Source of the DNA: Alphaproteobacteria bacterium
GTDB taxonomy: Bacteria; Pseudomonadota; Alphaproteobacteria; UBA2966
Reading direction: 5' to 3'
Assembly (NCBI GenBank): GCA_964291395.2
Contig: OZ219858.1
Location: 672,001-736,000, forward strand
DNA length: 64,000 nucleotides
In this document: positions 25,918-35,405 of the stretch, piece after piece
Numbering within the stretch: the stretch's first letter is position 1
Layout of the letters: each line of letters begins with the position of its first letter
Translations under genes and position numbers: made by a program
Notes under the pieces: model-generated
Databases searched by the model: none
Told to the model about the DNA's origin: nothing
The model's input: the letters and a program-made list of their open reading frames with translations, nothing else

Positions 25918-28404
25918 ATGCAGGGAGACAACCCGGGGACCGGGACGTGGGTCGGCAGAACCGTTCCGCGCAAGGAGGACCTGCGCCTCCTGCGTGGCAT
26001 CGGCACCTATATCGACGACGTCCCCGAACCGCGCGGCACGCTGCACCTCGCCATGCTGCGCAGTCCATATGCCCACGCCCGAATCCGCGGGATCGAGACG
26101 TCCGAAGCCGAAGCCCTGGACGGCGTCGTCGCGGTCGTCACCGGCACCGAGGTTGCCGAGCTGATCCCGCCGTTCGCGGGGGACTACGAAAAGCCCGGAT
26201 TCAAGATGTCGCACCGGCCGGCTCTGGCCACCGATACGGTACGGTTCGTCGGCGACGGGGTGGCCCTGGTTCTGGCGGCGAACGCGTACATTGCGGAGGA
26301 CGCCCTCGGCCTCGTTTTCGTGGACTATGAACAGCTGCCGGCCGTTTCCGGCGTCGAGGAGGCGCTGAAGCCCGACGCACCCCGCGTTCACGAAGAGCTG
26401 GCAGACAACGTCCTCGTCGAGGGAGGCGACAGAACCGAGGGTTTCGACGAGGTCCTTGAAGCGGCCGATCACATCCTGCGCGAGCGATTCCACATCAACC
26501 GCGTGGCCGGCGTGGCGATGGAACCGCGAGGCTGTCTCGCCGTCTACGAGAAATCCGACGATGCGGTCACGTTGTGGACGGGAACCCAGGTCCCCCACAT
26601 GCTGCGCATCGGCATCGCCCGTTACCTCGGCTGGCCGGAGAGCCAGGTCCGCGTGGCGGCGCCCGACGTTGGGGGTGGTTTCGGTCCCAAGATGTATCTC
26701 TACCCCGAGGAGCTTCTCGCGGTCGCCATGGCGCGCGAATACCGATGCCCCATAAAATGGATCGAGGACCGGCTCGAGGATTTTCTGACCACCCTTCAGG
26801 CGCGCGATCACGTTTACGACGTGGCGGTCGCCTACGACGACGACGGCACCGTGCGGGCGGTCGAGGTCGACGTGGCGGTGAACTCCGGCGCCTATTCCAA
26901 CTTTCCCATGGGGGTCGGCCTCGAGCCGTTTCAGGGGCCCTTGAACATGCCGGGACCCTACCGCTTCCGCCAGTTCGCCTTCACCTGCAGGGGAGTCGCG
27001 ACCCATACCTGCCCGACGGGCGCGTTTCGGGGCGTGTCGGCACCATGCGTCACCACGGCCATGGAAGGCATGATGGACCGTATCGCGCGTCACCTGGGCC
27101 TGGACCGGGTGGAGGTCCGCCGCCGCAATCTCGTCAGGCCGGATGAATTCCCCTATGTCAACGTGGTCAACCAGCTCTACGTCACGGGAAGCTATGTCGA
27201 ATGCATGGACCGCGCCCTGGAGATGGTGGACTACGAGGGTTATCTGGCGGCGCGGCCGCCGGAGCGGCCGGTCGACGGCAAGTATCGTGGTATCGGAATC
27301 GCCGTGGTGACCGAGCTCGGGGGTCAAGGGGCGGCACGGTACAAGGCGCGAGGCCTTCCCGATCTGCCGGGATTCGACACGGCCCTCGTCGAGCTCGAAC
27401 CCGACGGGCGGGTACGCGCCACGACCAGCTTTTCAAGCCAGGGCCAGGGTCATGAGACCACCTTCGCCCAGATCATCGCGGACGAGCTCGGGGTCTCCAT
27501 CGACGACGTTGCGGTCCGGGGCGGGGATACCGGCACCTCGCCGTTTGGCACCGGAACGTTCGCAAGCCGCGGGGCCGTGGTCGGCGGCGGCGCCGTCATG
27601 CGGGCTTCGGGCGATTTGCGCGAAAGGATCAAGAGGTTCGCGGCCCATCTTCTGGAGGCGAGCCCTGACGACATCGTGCTGGAAGGCGGTCACGCCCACG
27701 TGCAGGGCGTCCGCGAGATGCGCGTGAGTTTCCACGACGTCGCGCGGGCGGCCTACGGTCTCACCGAGTCGATGCAGCTTCCGGAAGGTGAGGAGTTCGG
27801 GCTGGAAGCGACCGCCACTTACGACCCGCCGGCATCCTCCATCTCCAATGCCTGCCACATCGCCTGTGTCGGCGTCGACGCGGCAACCGGGCTCGTCGAA
27901 GTGGAACGTTATATCGTCGTTCACGATTGCGGCCGCGTGGTCAATCCGCTCCTCGTCAAAGGCCAGATTCAAGGTGGAGTCGCGCAAGGTCTCGGACAGG
28001 CCCTGTTCGAGGAAATCCTTTATGACGCGGAAGGGCAGATGCTGTCGGCGACCCTGATGGACTACATGATCCCCACCGCTCTCGATGTCCCAACCCTGGA
28101 GATGGAGCACATCGAGTCCCCGGCGACGGACAATATCGGGGGATTCAAAGGCGCCGGCGAGGGCGGCGTCATCGGGGCGCTGCCCGCGATCGCCTGTGCC
28201 GTGGGCGATGCGCTGGCGCCCTCGGGCGCCAACGTGAACCGGCTGCCCTTGCGGCCGGATACGGTCCTCGTCGCGAGACCGAGCTTCGCCGGCGCGAGGC
28301 GATCGACGGGCCGGTGCAAGCCGAGGACGACGACCCCGACGGCGGCGCCTGGCATTGAGACAGAGTGTCATTTACGGTACTTGTTGCACCTGCGGCGTTC
28401 ATGA
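25918..28404 (+). CDS. Xanthine dehydrogenase family molybdopterin-binding large subunit (CoxL-like, not a CO dehydrogenase); 3' end disrupted
   Basis: RKED.RLL.G.G.YIDD, GGGFGPK, AFRGV, QGQGHET, TFASRG, KGAGEGG; after LPLRPDTVL the sequence reads into unrelated repeat DNA. Confidence 0.9.
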   Translation: MQGDNPGTGTWVGRTVPRKEDLRLLRGIGTYIDDVPEPRGTLHLAMLRSPYAHARIRGIETSEAEALDGVVAVVTGTEVAELIPPFAGDYEKPGFKMSHRPALATDTVRFVGDGVALVLAANAYIAEDALGLVFVDYEQLPAVSGVEEALKPDAPRVHEELADNVLVEGGDRTEGFDEVLEAADHILRERFHINRVAGVAMEPRGCLAVYEKSDDAVTLWTGTQVPHMLRIGIARYLGWPESQVRVAAPDVGGGFGPKMYLYPEELLAVAMAREYRCPIKWIEDRLEDFLTTLQARDHVYDVAVAYDDDGTVRAVEVDVAVNSGAYSNFPMGVGLEPFQGPLNMPGPYRFRQFAFTCRGVATHTCPTGAFRGVSAPCVTTAMEGMMDRIARHLGLDRVEVRRRNLVRPDEFPYVNVVNQLYVTGSYVECMDRALEMVDYEGYLAARPPERPVDGKYRGIGIAVVTELGGQGAARYKARGLPDLPGFDTALVELEPDGRVRATTSFSSQGQGHETTFAQIIADELGVSIDDVAVRGGDTGTSPFGTGTFASRGAVVGGGAVMRASGDLRERIKRFAAHLLEASPDDIVLEGGHAHVQGVREMRVSFHDVARAAYGLTESMQLPEGEEFGLEATATYDPPASSISNACHIACVGVDAATGLVEVERYIVVHDCGRVVNPLLVKGQIQGGVAQGLGQALFEEILYDAEGQMLSATLMDYMIPTALDVPTLEMEHIESPATDNIGGFKGAGEGGVIGALPAIACAVGDALAPSGANVNRLPLRPDTVLVARPSFAGARRSTGRCKPRTTTPTAAPGIETECHLRYLLHLRRS

Positions 28405-28523
28405 TCCATGTTCATCCCGACGAAGGAGGCGCCACCAGGGCGCGGACCGCCGCGTCCGCGCCGAAGACATCCTCGCCTGGCGTCGCGAGACCGAGCTTCG
28501 CCGGCGCGAGGCGATCGACGGGC
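28269..28523. repeat. 43-bp perfect direct repeat pair
   Basis: CGTCGCGAGACCGAGCTTCGCCGGCGCGAGGCGATCGACGGGC at 28269-28311 and 28481-28523. Confidence 0.92.
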
Positions 28524-28620
28524 TGACCGCACGCGACCAGAAACTCGGCCTGCAATAGGCGATGGCCGGACCGACGGCGTTGCTGGATGCCAACGTGCTC
28601 TATCCGGCCGGTCTTCGCGG
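28430..28620 (+). pseudogene. Remnant of excisionase-like HTH antitoxin plus truncated PIN-domain toxin
   Basis: RRVRAEDILAWRRETELRRREAIDGLTARDQKLGLQ* followed at 28562 by MAGPTALLDANVLYPAGLR, which breaks off after the first PIN Asp. Confidence 0.65.
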
Positions 28621-28721
28621 CGTAGGAGTTCCGGTTTTGCTTCCGGTGCCGGCGGCTCCTCGGGAGGTGACATACGAGGCCGGCGCCGCTTCGGGAACGA
28701 GCGTGATCGTCTGCGGGACTT

Positions 28722-30432
28722 TCAGCCGCCGTCGCGGCACCCCGAGCCGGCGTGCCGGGCCTCGAGGGCCGCTTCTCGCGCCTCGGTCAGCGTCGTGCGG
28801 GTTGTAATCGCCTCGGGATCCATGCGGATGTCGAGGACCGCGGCGCGGCCGCAAGCCAGCGCGTCCTCGAAGGCGGGAGCGAAATCCTCCGTCCGTTCGA
28901 TGGCGGCGGCCGAAAGCGCCGAAGCTCTCGGCATACTTGGCAAAATCCGGATTGGTCAGATCCGTACCGCTGATGCGGCCGGGAAACTGCTTCTCCTGAT
29001 GCAGCCGAATGGTCCCGTAGATGCCGTTGTTGAACACCAGGATGAGCGGCGCGACCTCGTGGTGAATGGCAGTGGCCAACTCGTTGCCGGTCATCATGAA
29101 TCCACCGTCGCCGACAAACGAGACCACAGGCCGGTCCGGCGCCACGAGCTTGGCCGCGATGCCCGCGGGCACGCCGTATCCCATGGCGCCATTCGCGGGG
29201 CCCAACAACGTGCGGAAGCGGGTGAACTGGTAGAACCGTTGCGGCCAGCCGGAGAAATTGCCCGCATCGACCGTGATAATGGCGTCCTGAGGCAGCCGGG
29301 TACGCACCGTATCCATCACCCGATAGAGATCGACGGTTCCGGGAGACGCCACCGCCTCGAGCGTCTCGAGATAGTCACGGCGGGCGGCCTCGACCCAATC
29401 GCCCCAAGCCGTCCACTCGACGGGCTCCAACGTCCTGACCGCGGCCGCGAATTCGGCCACGGAAGCCACGATCGCGAGATCCGGCCGATAGACCCGGCCG
29501 ATCTCGTTGGCGTCGGGGTAGACGTGGACGAGCGTGGCTTGGGGACGAGGCGGCTGCAACAGCGTGTAGCCTTCGGTTGTGACGTCGCCGAGGCGGGTGC
29601 CCACCGCGAGAACGAAGTCGGCCTGCCGCAGGCGTTCGGAGACCTTCGGATCCTTTGCATAAGCCAGGTCGCCCGCATAGGACGGATGATGGTTGCTGAG
29701 CAGGTCCTGGCGCCGGAAATCCACCAGGGTCGGGATGTGGTTCGCCTTGGCGAAGGCGGCCAGGTCGTCGCAGGCTTCCGCCGTCCACCCGCCGCCGCCG
29801 AGGATCATGAGAGGCCGTTTGGCGCGCGCCAGCAGCTCATGCAGGCGGCGTAGCTCCATCCGGCCCGGATAGCCAGGCTCTGGCATGGCGGGCTCGACAT
29901 CGGCCACCACCGCGGTTTCCCGCTGCATGTCTTCCGGAATGGCCAGGACCACGGGGCCGGGACGTCCCGAGCGCGCCGTATGGAACGCGCGGGACACGAA
30001 CTCGGGCATGCGGGCAGGATCGTCGATCTGGGCCGCCCATTTGGCGGTCCAGCCGAACATCCGTTCGACATCGACCTCCTGAAATGCCTCGCGCCCGACA
30101 AACGGGCGGGGCACCTGGCCCACGAACATCACCAGGGGCGTGGAATCCTGGTGGGCGATATGCACGCCGACGCTGGCGTGACAGGCGCCCGGGCCCCGCG
30201 TGACGAAGCAGACGCCCGGATTGCCCGTCATCTTGCCGTAGGCTTCCGCCATGTTCGCGGCGCCGGCCTCGTGCCGGCACGTCATGAAGCGGATGCTCGG
30301 GGCGTCGTAGATGTTATCGAGGACTTCGAGATAGCTCTCGCCCGGGACGCCGAACGCCATGTCGACGCCGTGCGTCTTCAGGGCGTCGACGAGGATTCGG
30401 CCACCGGTTCGTGCCTGTAGTGCCTGCGCCAC
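28722..30432 (-). CDS. Thiamine pyrophosphate-binding protein (acetolactate synthase-like) with a frameshift near 28910
   Basis: GVPGESYL, RHE.GA, TRGPG, GDGGFMM...NN.IYGTIR.HQE; C-terminus AAIERTEDFAPAF..AL...DPEAI continues in another frame to the stop at 28722. Confidence 0.85.
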
Positions 30433-30528
30433 GGGGTCTCCTTTTTCGGGCTAGCGGCCCGGCATCCTGGGCAATGGGACCGGGCAGGTCAGCATGATCG
30501 AGTCCGCGTCCGGTGATATGGTGCCGGC

Positions 30529-31305
30529 ATGAGGCTGAGCGGAATCGCCTTGCAGATATTGCTGATTGCGGGCGCTCCCGCCTTCGCCGCCGACGCCTTG
30601 GTCCCGGGCGGGACGGCCAAGGTCTCCGAAATCGTCGACGGGGACACGCTGGTGCTCGATGACGGACGTCAAGTGCGCCTCGTCGGGATTCAGGCTCCCA
30701 AACTGCCGCTCGGCCGGGCACGCGTCAAGCTTCAGCCCCTCGCCAACGAAGCGAAAGCAGCGCTCGCGGAGCTGACCCTGGGACGCACGGTCCGGCTCTC
30801 GTTCGGGGGTCAGCGTATCGACCGGTATAGTCGCCAACTCGCCCACCTTCACGACGAAGACGGGCGTTGGATCCAGGGAGATCTCCTGCTTCGCGGCCTC
30901 GCACGGGTCTACAGCTTTCGCGACAACCGGTCGCTGGTCGCCGATATGCTGACGCTGGAGCGCGAGGCTCGGCAGGCGCACCGGGGCATCTGGGATCACC
31001 CCTTCTATCGGGTGCGGAGCGTTTCCGAGACCCCTCGGCATCTGGATTCGTTCCAGCTGGTGGAAGGACGCGTGCTGGATGCGGCGGAGGTGCGGGGGCG
31101 AACCTACCTGAATTTCGGAGAAGATTGGCGGACCGACTTCACCGTCACCATATCTCCAAGAGACCGTCGGCGGTTCCGGAAGGAGCCCTTCGACTTGCTG
31201 GCGTTGGAAGGCCGCAGGGTTCGAGTACGCGGTTGGCTCTATCGGCGAAATGGACCCATGATCGACGTTACGCATCCCGAACAGATCGAACTCCTGGCAG
31301 AATGA
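30529..31305 (+). CDS. Thermonuclease (SNase-like) family secreted protein with C-terminal OB-like domain
   Basis: VDGDT, VRLVGIQAP, DRYSR.LA, E..AR....GIW. Confidence 0.88.
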   Translation: MRLSGIALQILLIAGAPAFAADALVPGGTAKVSEIVDGDTLVLDDGRQVRLVGIQAPKLPLGRARVKLQPLANEAKAALAELTLGRTVRLSFGGQRIDRYSRQLAHLHDEDGRWIQGDLLLRGLARVYSFRDNRSLVADMLTLEREARQAHRGIWDHPFYRVRSVSETPRHLDSFQLVEGRVLDAAEVRGRTYLNFGEDWRTDFTVTISPRDRRRFRKEPFDLLALEGRRVRVRGWLYRRNGPMIDVTHPEQIELLAE

Positions 31306-31355
31306 AGCGCAGTTGTCCCCCGGTCAGCGGGTCAAGATCGTGATCGAGTAGATAC

Positions 31356-32039
31356 ATGGCACCGCGTGCGTCCCTGGAGTCCCGAATCGTCGATGCCGTC
31401 ATCGAACGAGCCCAATCCGTGGGCTGGGGGAACGTTCGGCTCCACGACGTTGCGGACACCTTGGGCAGGAGTCTGGTAGACGTACGGCGGCATTTCCGAG
31501 ATCTCGACGCGGTCGCGGACGCCTGGTTTGCCCGGGCCGACGCGGCCATGCTCGCCGTTCGGGATCGTCAGGGGTTCGCGGCTCTGACTCCGAAGGAACG
31601 GTTGTCCGCCGTCATGTGGCAATGGCTCGAGTCGCAGTCGGCAGAACGGGAGGTCGTGCGGGACATGCTGGCAGCCAAGCTTTATCCCGGACATCCCCAC
31701 CACAACATCGCCCTCGTTCTGGCGCTATCGAGGACGGTGCAGTGGGTTCGAGAGGCCGCCCACCTGGACGGGGTCGGACGCCGGCGGCAAATCGAGGAAA
31801 TCGGCCTGACTGCGCTCTTCGTGGCGACGGTGGTCCTGTGGTTGCGTGACGAGTCCGAAGGCCAGACCAGGACGCGGCAATTTCTCGAGCGCTCACTCTC
31901 CGGCGCGGATCGGTTGATGGCGGAGTCGTTCGCCAAATCAAGAGACGAAAAGAAAGGGAATTCTGTCCGTAGCGGCCAGCCCGCGGGCAGATCCACCGAA
32001 CCCGCTAAGCGCCCAGGCCGGCACTCACGGGATCGTTGA
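31356..32039 (+). CDS. TetR-like transcriptional regulator
   Basis: N-terminal HTH GW..VRL.DVA..LG.S...V..HF.D.D; 3' end overlaps rpoH2. Confidence 0.7.
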   Translation: MAPRASLESRIVDAVIERAQSVGWGNVRLHDVADTLGRSLVDVRRHFRDLDAVADAWFARADAAMLAVRDRQGFAALTPKERLSAVMWQWLESQSAEREVVRDMLAAKLYPGHPHHNIALVLALSRTVQWVREAAHLDGVGRRRQIEEIGLTALFVATVVLWLRDESEGQTRTRQFLERSLSGADRLMAESFAKSRDEKKGNSVRSGQPAGRSTEPAKRPGRHSRDR

Positions 32040-32889
32040 TCTGCCTGAGGATGGACGCACGTAGTTTCTTGAGCGCTTCCCGTTCAATTTGGCGGACGCG
32101 TTCCTTGCTGATCCCCAACCGACGTCCCAAGACCTCCAAGGTAAGGCCATCCTCGCTGAGCCGCCGTTCTCGAATGATGGTCTGCTCGCGCGGGTTCAGC
32201 TCGGCAACGGCATTGGCGATCCACTTGGAGCGCGCTGTCGTTTCCGAGTGCTCCGCCACGATTTCTTCCGGGCCAGGGCGTTCCTCGGCGAGCAGGTCCT
32301 GCCACTCCTTCTCACCTGTCTCGCCCACCGGCGTGTTGAGGGAACTGTCACTGCCCGACAATCGGCTTTCCATCATGGACACGTCCCGGAGGCTCACTTT
32401 CAGCTTGCAGGCAATCTGTTCCTTGCCGCTGTCATCGAGATAGGTCGCCCCGCTCCGGTCGATCCGTGCCTTGAGGCGGCGGAGATTGAAGAACAAGGAT
32501 TTCTGGGCGGCTGTCGTTCCCGTTCGTACAATGGACCAGTTCCGCAGGACGAACTCCTGCATCGAAGAACGGATCCACCAGTTCGCATAGGTAGAGAATC
32601 GAACCTTGCGGTCGGGGTCGAATCGGGCTGCGGCCTGCATGAGGCCCACGTTGCCTTCCTGGATCAGATCGCCCACGGGCAGTCCGTAGGAACGGAAACG
32701 CGAGGCCGTGCTGATCACGAGGCGCATGTAAGGCGTTACCAGCCGCCACAGGGCAGTCTCGTCCTTCTGGTCCCGCCACCGGCGTGCCAGCTCAGATTCC
32801 GTCTTCTCATCCAAGAGCGGAATCCTCATGGCCGACTTCATGAACCGTCGGTTGGCACGTTGCGTCTGCGGTGTATCGACGTATCCCAT
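32005..32889 (-). CDS. rpoH2: RNA polymerase sigma-32 factor, RpoH2 type
   Basis: DLIQEGNVGLM, RFSTYA.WWIR, RpoH box QKSLFFNLR, SKERVRQIE. Confidence 0.9.
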   Translation of the reverse strand: MGYVDTPQTQRANRRFMKSAMRIPLLDEKTESELARRWRDQKDETALWRLVTPYMRLVISTASRFRSYGLPVGDLIQEGNVGLMQAAARFDPDRKVRFSTYANWWIRSSMQEFVLRNWSIVRTGTTAAQKSLFFNLRRLKARIDRSGATYLDDSGKEQIACKLKVSLRDVSMMESRLSGSDSSLNTPVGETGEKEWQDLLAEERPGPEEIVAEHSETTARSKWIANAVAELNPREQTIIRERRLSEDGLTLEVLGRRLGISKERVRQIEREALKKLRASILRQINDPVSAGLGA

Positions 32890-33141
32890 CGTGAGCTCGG
32901 ATTACCTCAAGCTTCGAAACGCCCCATCTCGCTTCGTGAGGCGAGAGTGCGTCCACGTCAGCCCGTAAATCAGGTCACTCTTCCATATGATATTTCTTAG
33001 AATGATTTCAATATACAAATGAATGCATTACGGCCCCGAATTATTTCACCCGTTCCATATGTGGAGGATCATGGCGATGTGCGCGAATCACGTCTGATCA
33101 CGGTTTTGTGGGCACCAGTCGTGAACGACCGGGTGAGATTG

Positions 33142-33978
33142 CTAGATCTGAATCCAGTCGACCGGCCGACCGTCCAGCGTGAAACAGGCCGCCTGCAGGG
33201 CACCGCCATACCCGCAGCCTCCATCGAGGGTAGCCGTATGCGCGCCCATTTCAGGCCCCTGTCGTCGGCGGTCGTCACCTCGCACGACGCGGCTGAATCC
33301 ACAAAAGGGTTCGCTCATCGCGGTGAAATAGCCGGAACCCCACCAGAATGTGTCACCTTGCTCGGAGAGGGGTCGTGCGGGATCGACGCCGGCGGCGACG
33401 AAAAGAAGTTCTCCCTGCGGGGTATAGGCGGCGCGGCGCAGCGCCGCCATCAACTCGCCGTGGCCGGGCCGAGCATGCACGGTAGTCCGCACGGTGCTCG
33501 TGAACCTGGTGATTCCGAGCGTGCCTTCCCGGCAGACGCTGCGCGCCGCTTCGGGGTCTGCCCCGTACCCCAACAGGGTTGCGGCAACTCCCTGGCCGAG
33601 CATCCAGTCGAGGACCTCACGGGGATTCTGGGCGAATTGAAGTTCCAGGAAGCGACGCCACATTTCCTCCTGCGCGCCGCGCAGATAGACAACCGCAGAC
33701 GCGCAGAAACCGGGCCTTGCCAAGAGCTCCCTGCGAAACTTGAGCATGTCGTCCACAGTCCGGGGAACGTCGGGCCCGACACCCAGAAAGTTTCCCAGAT
33801 AGACCAAGCGGTCTCCGACTTCGATGCGCCCGCGGAGTTCGTCGTGAAGCTTCACGATGCGTTCCGCTTCACCCCGAACGGCCCCGACCGCCCAGACACG
33901 ACTGGCGCCCGCGAGGCTCGCGAATACCTGGGGTTCGGCCGGTATCGTGTTCAAAGCACGCGACCCTTCGAAAGGCAA
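33142..33978 (-). CDS. Calcineurin-like metallophosphoesterase-fold protein with degenerate metal ligands
   Basis: Motif positions align to DxHG/GDxxD/GNHE/HAG but read AVRG/GNFLG/GAQE/AAG; start may be near 33954. Confidence 0.7.
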   Translation of the reverse strand: MPFEGSRALNTIPAEPQVFASLAGASRVWAVGAVRGEAERIVKLHDELRGRIEVGDRLVYLGNFLGVGPDVPRTVDDMLKFRRELLARPGFCASAVVYLRGAQEEMWRRFLELQFAQNPREVLDWMLGQGVAATLLGYGADPEAARSVCREGTLGITRFTSTVRTTVHARPGHGELMAALRRAAYTPQGELLFVAAGVDPARPLSEQGDTFWWGSGYFTAMSEPFCGFSRVVRGDDRRRQGPEMGAHTATLDGGCGYGGALQAACFTLDGRPVDWIQI

Positions 33979-34035
33979 CGCGGTCCGTCGGCCTTTCCGG
34001 AGCGGCCCCGGTCGGGGTTCGACATCCCGATCAGC

Positions 34036-34740
34036 TCAGGCGGCCCGCAACATGCCTTCGAGACGTTCCGCGGCCGCCTCCTCGTCGATCCGCTCCACGG
34101 CCGCCAGCTCGCGCGCCAGGCGCTCCAGGGCCGCTTCGTAGATCTGCCGCTCGCTGTAGGACTGCTCGGGCTGGTTTGCCGAACGGTGAAGGTCGCGGAT
34201 CACTTCGGCGATCGAAACCGGGTCACCCGAGTTGATCTTGGCCTCGTATTCCTGCGCCCGGCGGCTCCACATGGTGCGCTTGATCCGTGCACGTCCTTTG
34301 AGTGTCGAGAGCGCCGTCGTCATTTTTTGTGGCGTGGACAGCTTGCGCATGCCGGATCCTTTGGCCTTCGCCACCGGTACGCGCAGCACCATCTTGTCCT
34401 TGTCGAACTCCACCACAAAGAGCTCGAGGTCCATGCCCGAGATTTCCTGCTGCTCCACGCCGGTGATCTTGCCGACACCGTGGGTGGGATACACCACGTA
34501 GTCATTCACCGCGAAAGGCAGTTTCGGCGCCTTGGGCCTGGGTGCCGCTTTCGCCGCCGTCTTCCTCACTTTCGGCGTGGCCTTTGCGGCAGCTTTTCGG
34601 GCCGGTTTGGCGGACGTCTTGGTCGCCGCCTTGGGTTTCGACTTGGCCTTTACCTTGGGTGCCGATGCCGCAGCCTTTGTCCGCGTTGTCCTGGGTGTGG
34701 CCTTTTTCCTGTCAGCCGTTTTGGCGGTCGCACTTGCCAT
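34036..34740 (-). CDS. carD: CarD family transcriptional regulator with Lys/Ala-rich N-terminal extension
   Basis: VVYPTHGVG, MWSRRAQEYEAKINSG, QSYSERQIYE. Confidence 0.93.
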   Translation of the reverse strand: MASATAKTADRKKATPRTTRTKAAASAPKVKAKSKPKAATKTSAKPARKAAAKATPKVRKTAAKAAPRPKAPKLPFAVNDYVVYPTHGVGKITGVEQQEISGMDLELFVVEFDKDKMVLRVPVAKAKGSGMRKLSTPQKMTTALSTLKGRARIKRTMWSRRAQEYEAKINSGDPVSIAEVIRDLHRSANQPEQSYSERQIYEAALERLARELAAVERIDEEAAAERLEGMLRAA

Positions 34741-35045
34741 GATCTCCTGTCTCTCGCAGTTCCTGTATTCGCACGGTCAGAGTGATGCACGGCTCGCAGG
34801 GATGGGCACGCCGAGGTCTTCGCCAATCAACGTCTGCCGCCGAACGTGTCGGGAGACGGCAGTTGAAAGGGCCAAGTTGTCTTGAGCCTGTCTTACAGAC
34901 TTCCCCGGGGCGTCACGCGGCGCATCTATCGGTCGCGCCTAACCCAGCGTCGTTACGCTCACAAGGTCCCATATAGCACAGTCCGGGGGCAAATTACAGG
35001 GTCAGGACTCCCGTTTGACGCCGAATCAAGCCATTTTCGGGCGAT

Positions 35046-35384
35046 TCAGCTACCCGAACCGGGGTTGGCGCTGAAATACTTCTCAAGTTTTCCGTCTTCG
35101 TCGGTGTAATCGTCCGCGTCTTCGGGCGAATCACCCTTTCGGGTGATATTCGGCCATTTCTCGGAATACTCGCGATTGAGCTCGACCCACTTTTCGACGT
35201 CGTCCTCGGTGTCGGGGATGATCGCTTCGACGGGACATTCCGGCTCGCATACACCACAGTCGATGCACTCGTCGGGATGGATGACGAGCATGTTCTCCCC
35301 TTCGTAGAAACAGTCGACCGGACATACCTCAACGCAGTCCATATATTTGCAGCGAATGCAGGACTCGGTGACGACGTACGTCAT
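35046..35384 (-). CDS. fdxA: 7Fe ferredoxin FdxA
   Basis: [26 protein letters not shown]...[12 protein letters not shown]. Confidence 0.95.
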   Translation of the reverse strand: MTYVVTESCIRCKYMDCVEVCPVDCFYEGENMLVIHPDECIDCGVCEPECPVEAIIPDTEDDVEKWVELNREYSEKWPNITRKGDSPEDADDYTDEDGKLEKYFSANPGSGS

Positions 35385-35405
35385 ACTTGGCTCCACAAAC
35401 GAATA

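Noticed and set aside
25918-28404. Aerobic CO dehydrogenase (coxMSL)
   Set aside because: Active-site loop is AFRGVS, not AYxCSFR (form I) or AYRGAGR (form II); no cox accessory genes.
28722-30432. Sulfoacetaldehyde acetyltransferase Xsc, suggested by the sulfonate context
   Set aside because: N-terminus is the GVPGESYL type rather than the Xsc FGIIGSA type.
33019-34785. Long antisense ORFs such as the 588-aa, 533-aa (22517-24118) and 531-aa (25732-27327) frames
   Set aside because: Shadow ORFs opposite well-supported genes in high-GC DNA; no recognisable motifs.
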